Below, piece by piece: positions 58,281 through 64,000 of a stretch of 64,000 bases of DNA. Position 1 is the stretch's first letter, and each line of letters opens with the position of its first letter. The stretch covers positions 300,208 to 364,207 of the forward strand of contig LBWK01000001.1 of NCBI GenBank assembly GCA_000993565.1. The letters are read 5' to 3'. The stretch is from a candidate division WS6 bacterium GW2011_GWF2_39_15. GTDB lineage: Bacteria; Patescibacteriota; Dojkabacteria; SC72. The notes under the pieces were generated by a model, which saw only the letters and a program-made list of their open reading frames with translations, was not told the origin of the DNA and searched no databases. Both the position numbers and the translations under genes were made by a program.

Positions 58281-59529
58281 CTAAAACTGTCTTCACGGCT
58301 TTCTCAAGCTGTGGATCTATACCATTCTTAAAATCCTCATCGGTTAATTCTACAACAGTATTTGGTGTAATAGGATTGTCCCTATTAAGCCATTTCCCAT
58401 CAGGCAAGAGCCACTTAAGCGTAGTCAAATGAAGGCTTGATCCATCAGTGAATGGAAGTACACTCTGAGCAGTACCTTTACCGTAAGTCTTTTCCCCAAT
58501 GACTTTGGCCCTATCATTTTTCTGCAAGGCCCCTGTTAATATCTCGGAAGCAGACGCACTTCCTGCATTAACAAGAACTGTAACAGGAACATTCAAGAGT
58601 CTGCCTTTCCTGCTTACTTTAAACTCTTTAACCTTTCCTAATCTATCTTCCTGTTTAGATATAACTGTGCCCTTTGGAAGAAAATCCTCAGCAGCATATA
58701 CAGCCGCATCAAAGTATCCTCCAGGGTTACCTCTAAGATCAAGAACGATTCCTTTTGTTTTATTTTTGACTAAACTATCCACGGCTTTATCCCAATTATC
58801 TTCCCATTCGCTAAGTGAAGAATCGGTGAAGCGGGAGATTTTCAGCACTCTTACTCTTGAATCATCACTGCTCTTAATTTCGATACTTGGGACTGTAATT
58901 TCACCTCTAATAATTTCTATCTCTTGAGCCTTCAAATCACCTTTGTGTAGAACTGTCAAAACCACTTTGCTCCCTGACTTTCCACGTATCTTCTGCACAA
59001 CATCAAATACATTCTCTGAAGGGGCAATATCCTTACCATCAATTTTCAAGATTGTATCACGAGCCTTAATGCCCGCCTTCTCGGCAGGCGATCCGCTTAT
59101 CGGCGAAATAACGATTATCTGTCCATTCTCGTAACCAAGCTCCGCTCCTATTCCTTCAAACATCTTCCCTTCATTTGACGAGTTAAAAGACTCTGTCTCT
59201 TCAGGATCCAAAAATATTGTTGCAGGATCGTCCAATGAACTCACCAAACCCTTGATACTGCCGTAAAACATCTTCTTGACATCAACGTTCTCTTCATTTA
59301 CATAGTTATCGGCAACTGTATCCCATATATTCCAAAAAAGATCGAAGTCAATTTTAGGAATATTTTTATCTTTGTCCCCGGTTATTATAACGTCATTAGA
59401 CCCGCTTCCTCCTAAACCTTTTCCATCATAAAGCCTTCCTGATACAAACCCTATAGATAAGGTACAGATAACAAGTGCAATAACCCCTATCTGCCTTACA
59501 AACCCTTTACTCTCTCTACTATTCATCAA
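58267..59529 (-). CDS. ctpA: S41-family carboxy-terminal processing protease with PDZ domain
   Basis: PDZ region (GSPAEKAGIKARDTILKIDG) and the S41 catalytic region VLDLRGNPGGY...SASASEI. Confidence 0.8.
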   Translation of the reverse strand: MMNSRESKGFVRQIGVIALVICTLSIGFVSGRLYDGKGLGGSGSNDVIITGDKDKNIPKIDFDLFWNIWDTVADNYVNEENVDVKKMFYGSIKGLVSSLDDPATIFLDPEETESFNSSNEGKMFEGIGAELGYENGQIIVISPISGSPAEKAGIKARDTILKIDGKDIAPSENVFDVVQKIRGKSGSKVVLTVLHKGDLKAQEIEIIRGEITVPSIEIKSSDDSRVRVLKISRFTDSSLSEWEDNWDKAVDSLVKNKTKGIVLDLRGNPGGYFDAAVYAAEDFLPKGTVISKQEDRLGKVKEFKVSRKGRLLNVPVTVLVNAGSASASEILTGALQKNDRAKVIGEKTYGKGTAQSVLPFTDGSSLHLTTLKWLLPDGKWLNRDNPITPNTVVELTDEDFKNGIDPQLEKAVKTVLDEIR

Positions 59530-59593
59530 TTTTCTGCGTAAAGTTAATTATCCATTATATTCAGTCCAGTGAATATGTACAACCCACCTGTAA

Positions 59594-60643
59594 TTAAATA
59601 TGCACAGGAGTTAAAAGATCCTGTGATATAAAGTATCTTTTTCCATCTTCCAGCTCTATTGATACCATATTCTCCTCTTCGTTCAGATCTAAGACTTTGC
59701 CTATTGCCCTGAAATTATCAACATCCATAACTCTTACGTTCATTCCAGGCTTAAGAAAAGAAATAAACCCTGATGGATATTCATGAGGGGCTTTATGCAG
59801 GTATGTACCTTGATCCGGCCATATAACGATATTTTTTTCAAGATCGACACTGACAAAAGAGTTGGTTAAAGATTTGCAGATAGATACATACTCCTTAGGG
59901 TATGGAATATTACCAAATCCCCCTATTATCCCGACGGAGAAATTAAGAGTTGCGAAGTCTTCATAATCCATTGAATACACTATTATGTACTCTGCTCCTC
60001 TCTCATATATCTCACGAAGGAGATCCGGATATGCAAACCGGCCTGCATAAACGATTTTTCCCTTATAATTATCCTTTAGGTCTTTTACAACATACATAGA
60101 GTTTCCCTCTCCCAAAACTTCAAACTCCCCTACCCTTACGTTTTTATACTCATTAGGTCTCTCATGATAGTTATCCGTAAGCATTGGCATAAACCAAACC
60201 ATGGTTTCTACACTCATGCCGTTCGAAAGGTCTACATCAAGAACCTTACCGTGATATTGGGCTGTATACTCGTCATTTTCAGATTCACTTAGTACATCCA
60301 GAAACCCTTTTTCAATTCTTGCCGTACTTAGTATTCCGTCGGAAGAAGCATAAAGTCTTTTCATAGCTAGACCACCTCCTGACATCCTCTCGGCAAGAAT
60401 CTCGCCTTTGAGCACATACTCACCGTTAAGCCTTACCACATAGTCTTGAGCACCCTCAACCTTAACACCTAACTCTTTAGGAATATAAGTGCTTCCTAGA
60501 ATTCTCTTTGATGACTTTGTAAAAAGCATGCTCCCTGGTTTGATTAGTTCTCCCCTTTTAGTCATAACCTCAACACTACCTTCAAAAGGTATTAGCATTC
60601 GATATCTGACCTCTCTATATAGTAGTTTAGACAATTGGAGCAT
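59594..60643 (-). CDS. hypothetical protein
   Basis: ORF overlapping the upstream gene by 17 nt (operon). Confidence 0.35.
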   Translation of the reverse strand: MLQLSKLLYREVRYRMLIPFEGSVEVMTKRGELIKPGSMLFTKSSKRILGSTYIPKELGVKVEGAQDYVVRLNGEYVLKGEILAERMSGGGLAMKRLYASSDGILSTARIEKGFLDVLSESENDEYTAQYHGKVLDVDLSNGMSVETMVWFMPMLTDNYHERPNEYKNVRVGEFEVLGEGNSMYVVKDLKDNYKGKIVYAGRFAYPDLLREIYERGAEYIIVYSMDYEDFATLNFSVGIIGGFGNIPYPKEYVSICKSLTNSFVSVDLEKNIVIWPDQGTYLHKAPHEYPSGFISFLKPGMNVRVMDVDNFRAIGKVLDLNEEENMVSIELEDGKRYFISQDLLTPVHI

Positions 60644-61964
60644 TCATCCACGAACTCATTTTAATGTGATTATCCTTAGGTTCAGGGCCGTAGATAATCG
60701 GGCGGTATCTGCTATCAACGATAACACTGTTATACTTCCTCTTCCCCACAATCAAGCCATATTTGAACTCCGAGTATAAACTGCTTCCTTTTATAAACTC
60801 GCCTTTAATCTCCTGTATATCAACATCCCTATCGACAATTATCTGAGTGATTTCGTTAGATAGAGCGTAAACATTTTTTTCATCACCCTTTTCATTAGTA
60901 ATTTTGGCTGTGAAAAGAACTCGTTTCTTCTCACCCTCATTAGCAACATCCGGAATTACAATCTGATCAAGCCTGGAAATGAAATCCTCTACATGTGTTA
61001 AGAAACCTGTCTTTGAGACTCCACCGGCATATACTTTCCCCAAATTATATGTACTGAATGTATTATCAACTGCAATATCACAGACATCCGTTAATTCCAT
61101 TGCATCAATTAAGGATAACAACATAGTTGAATATTGTAGCGAGGTTGTAATAGATCCCGTAACTAAAACCAATGTACTGTATTTATTCTCACCTATCTTA
61201 TCAAAAGACCCCTTATTATCATTTCTAATTGTCAGAAGCTGAAGAGCCATATACGCACGCAAAAGATCTTTTATAGAACCAACGCTTGACTTACCTTTAT
61301 CTCCCAAAACATAGTTCGCCCATGAATTCTGCAGCCTGGTTTTATTCGTTTCGATCTCCAGAAAGGCTTTTAATCTAGGGCTATTAATATTGTCGATTAC
61401 TTTCCATTCGTTCCCAAGCTCTATCTTCCCATGCTTGAATACATAGGGATGAACATTCGATTCATTTAAAGTTCTACGCCTCTTTTCACGATGCAGTCTA
61501 TACAGATACGTATTATCCAGATTAAGATCGACTAGCACGACATCTTCATATCCCAATTTTTCGGATATTCCCATCAAAAGATCCTGGACATAACCGTTAT
61601 CTATCTGCAGGATTGAGATGTCTTTAGAAACCTCTCTTATTATTTCTACATATTCTTTTCTAGGATATGCCCGAGTGTCCAAAATAAATATTATTGAGTC
61701 CAATCCAAACCCTTCGTCTGCAAATGTCATCATTTCACTTGAATTGTTTCTGAAAAACTCCCAATCGAAGTACTTCTCTAATGCATTTAGGTATTCTACA
61801 AGAAAATCTGCTGTAATTTCTGAAGAATTAATTCTGAGAGTATCACTTCTCACATAATGCCTGGCAATCGTATAGTCGTTATAGACAAGTTTAGCCACTA
61901 TTCTTGTTTGGCTAAGCTCAACCAAAAGGTTTGCTGATTTTTCTAAGTTAGGCAGTTTAATCAC
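60627..61964 (-). CDS. hypothetical protein, possibly a divergent actin/ASKHA-fold ATPase (FtsA/PilM-like)
   Basis: VVLVDLNLDNTYLY resembles a phosphate-1 motif and GKVYAGGVSKTG an adenosine motif; weak. Confidence 0.3.
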   Translation of the reverse strand: MIKLPNLEKSANLLVELSQTRIVAKLVYNDYTIARHYVRSDTLRINSSEITADFLVEYLNALEKYFDWEFFRNNSSEMMTFADEGFGLDSIIFILDTRAYPRKEYVEIIREVSKDISILQIDNGYVQDLLMGISEKLGYEDVVLVDLNLDNTYLYRLHREKRRRTLNESNVHPYVFKHGKIELGNEWKVIDNINSPRLKAFLEIETNKTRLQNSWANYVLGDKGKSSVGSIKDLLRAYMALQLLTIRNDNKGSFDKIGENKYSTLVLVTGSITTSLQYSTMLLSLIDAMELTDVCDIAVDNTFSTYNLGKVYAGGVSKTGFLTHVEDFISRLDQIVIPDVANEGEKKRVLFTAKITNEKGDEKNVYALSNEITQIIVDRDVDIQEIKGEFIKGSSLYSEFKYGLIVGKRKYNSVIVDSRYRPIIYGPEPKDNHIKMSSWMNAPIV

Positions 61965-62029
61965 GACAGTAGTATATAACTAGATACTACATCAATTTAC
62001 ATTATATTGGTGATATTTTCAATTACTCC

Positions 62030-62371
62030 CTACTCTACTGCTACATACGGAAGAAGAGCCATAAATCTTGCTCTTTTTACTGCTGTTGTAAGCTGTCTTT
62101 GGTGCTTATTACATACACCGGATTTTTCTGTAGCAATAATCTTTCCTCTTACGGATGTAAACTTCTTGAGCTGATAAACATCTTTGTATGATACTGTTTT
62201 AACAGCCGATTCACAGAGAGGACACTTAAGATTCAGAACAATTTTTCTTCTTCTTTTTTTATTCTTCTTCCCAAAACCTGTATGTGTCTCTTCCTCTTCA
62301 GAAGTTATACTTCTATCATCAAATACATCATCCAGTGTTGGAGGAACTACTTTTTTCTCAATTTCAGCCAT
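62030..62371 (-). CDS. rpsR: 30S ribosomal protein S18 (with ~40-aa acidic/basic N-terminal extension)
   Basis: YKDVYQLKKFTSVRGKIIATEKSGVCNKHQRQLTTAVKRARFMALLPY. Confidence 0.8.
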   Translation of the reverse strand: MAEIEKKVVPPTLDDVFDDRSITSEEEETHTGFGKKNKKRRRKIVLNLKCPLCESAVKTVSYKDVYQLKKFTSVRGKIIATEKSGVCNKHQRQLTTAVKRARFMALLPYVAVE

Positions 62372-62391
62372 TTCTTAAACTTTCTAATATC

Positions 62392-62892
62392 TTAAAATGG
62401 TAGATCTTCTAGAGGATCTTCATCTACCTTCTCCTCGGTCTTTTCAGGAGCTTCTTCTTTGACCTTCCTGGACTTCTTAGGTTTGTCTTCATCAGGAGCG
62501 TCATTATCATCAGACGCGCCTGCAGCACCGGCACCAGTTCCGATACCTTTTCGACCCTTATCGTCCAAGAGAATCATATCCTCAACTCTAACTTCAGTTT
62601 TATACTTTGTAGATCCACTATCATCCTGCCATGATCTTGTTGTGAGAGAGCCCTGAATATATACTTTCATTCCTTTAGCAAGTAATTGATTACAAATTTC
62701 CGCCATCTTGTTCCACGCAACAATATTGTGAAATTCTGTCAACTCCTCAACTTCCCCTTCCTGATTCTTCCATGATTTGTTTGTAGCAAGTCCGAATGTC
62801 GCAACTGGAGTACCATTCCCCGTATATCTAAGCTCAGGATCTCTAGTCAGATTTCCGATCAACTGGACTAGGTTTAAAGATCTTGCAGACAT
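62392..62892 (-). CDS. ssb: single-stranded DNA-binding protein
   Basis: OB-fold N-terminus LNLVQLIGNLTRDPELRYTGNG; acidic C-terminus ending DEDPLEDLPF. Confidence 0.85.
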   Translation of the reverse strand: MSARSLNLVQLIGNLTRDPELRYTGNGTPVATFGLATNKSWKNQEGEVEELTEFHNIVAWNKMAEICNQLLAKGMKVYIQGSLTTRSWQDDSGSTKYKTEVRVEDMILLDDKGRKGIGTGAGAAGASDDNDAPDEDKPKKSRKVKEEAPEKTEEKVDEDPLEDLPF

Positions 62893-62955
62893 TTTTTATA
62901 TATTAATAATTTATGTTATTTATATTCTACACCATTAACATGAAATCGGAATGAA

Positions 62956-63315
62956 CTAGACCTCTACCTCTAATTCCTTCTTTTTAATTCCTTTTCCGAC
63001 CAATTCTGGATGCTCAACTTCAGAAATCATAAATCTCAAGATTTCGTTTTTAAGTCCAAGCTTTCTTTTAAGCTCAGCAACTGCATCCGCACTCATCTGG
63101 AAATTGTATACTATATAATATCCTTCATCATGGCCTTTAATATTGTAAGCCAGATATCTTTTACCCCATACGTCTACATCTGTAACAACACCATTAGATG
63201 CTTTTACATAATCAGACATCTCTTTGTGAAGAGCTTTTCGAACATCATCAGGGAGAAGAGGTTTTAAAGCAACCATCATCTCGTAATTCTTCATATTTTT
63301 CTCTCGCTTTGCCAT
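62956..63315 (-). CDS. rpsF: 30S ribosomal protein S6
   Basis: YEMMVALKP...YLAYNIKGHDEGYYIVYNF; rpsF-ssb-rpsR synteny. Confidence 0.8.
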   Translation of the reverse strand: MAKREKNMKNYEMMVALKPLLPDDVRKALHKEMSDYVKASNGVVTDVDVWGKRYLAYNIKGHDEGYYIVYNFQMSADAVAELKRKLGLKNEILRFMISEVEHPELVGKGIKKKELEVEV

Positions 63316-63521
63316 TTTCTATCTATATAATATTAATGTATTTACCGAAGGCGGTAGGATTGTATCAAAAAAGGGAGGATTATGGAAGTATTTACTCATA
63401 ATACTTTCCGCCAACATATTTAAAACTCCTCACTTCACTCTTCCCACCTCCACAGTTTCGAATATCTCCTCATTAAGAAGCTTTTTCCCTGATTGTTAGC
63501 GGAGGTCTTTCTAGAAAGAAC

Positions 63522-63935
63522 TTAAGGCTTTAATTTTTTTAAGGCCTCAACAATACCTATATTGTGAAGTTTACCTGCACCAAGAAATGGTAGGAGAATT
63601 TCTGAGACCCTTTTCTGAGATCCAGGGTCACGCATATCTAGTGGCAAAGTTCTTGACGGTTGAACACCTGGTTTCTCTATGAACTCATAAATATTAGAAT
63701 AATCAGCAATAACACCACCTTTCGCATCTATTGAAAGTACAACCCCCCCACTTCCCTCGTTTGCCATCGTTATAAATACAACGCTTCCCGAAGAAACTCT
63801 GGGATTCTCAAATGGTAAAAGGTTCTTTTCAACAATTCCAGTATCAAATCCTATTTCCTCTAATACAGGAAAAAGCTCTTCATCAGAAGCAGATTCGGAA
63901 AATAAACTTTCGTTCGGGAAATTTCGTGATGTCAT
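63522..63935 (-). CDS. hypothetical protein
   Basis: ORF only. Confidence 0.3.
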   Translation of the reverse strand: MTSRNFPNESLFSESASDEELFPVLEEIGFDTGIVEKNLLPFENPRVSSGSVVFITMANEGSGGVVLSIDAKGGVIADYSNIYEFIEKPGVQPSRTLPLDMRDPGSQKRVSEILLPFLGAGKLHNIGIVEALKKLKP

Positions 63936-64000
63936 ATTTATATTACAAATTAAATTAATATAATCAATTATACCATCTACTAACTATAAGCCAGAAGATG

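Overview
This is a low-GC bacterial window (GC roughly 35-40% by eye) with short intergenic spacers and many small or divergent housekeeping proteins. The composition is consistent with a reduced, Patescibacteria/CPR-like genome; that assignment is inference. The housekeeping backbone is ndk, gyrB, gyrA, ruvC-ruvA-ruvB with a YebC-family regulator, dnaB, one tRNA-Leu(CAA), rluD-like, lgt, rpmE, prfA-prmC, htrA, ctpA and rpsF-ssb-rpsR. Accessory and envelope content is interleaved. There are two sortases, an M15 peptidase, a GH3 NagZ-like hydrolase, an LCP protein, and a surface-glycosylation cluster built from two paralogous [GT-C-like polytopic membrane protein + GT4] modules plus a GT2. The most unusual locus is at ~29.4-38.7 kb. 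A 1783-aa giant membrane-anchored protein and a convergent 515-aa protein share an inverted, in-frame, nearly identical ~160-bp (55-aa) module, and an atypically long tyrosine recombinase sits immediately beside them. This looks like a recombinase-driven invertible (shufflon-like) N-terminus-swapping system. Other signals are a small GC-rich, evidently horizontally acquired lipoprotein gene preceded by a ~670-bp hairpin- and repeat-rich non-coding stretch, an ancient tandem duplication of a [hydrolase + ndk] pair with a decayed ndk remnant, and a membrane-anchored VirB4/HerA-like ATPase. No rRNA genes or CRISPR arrays were seen.
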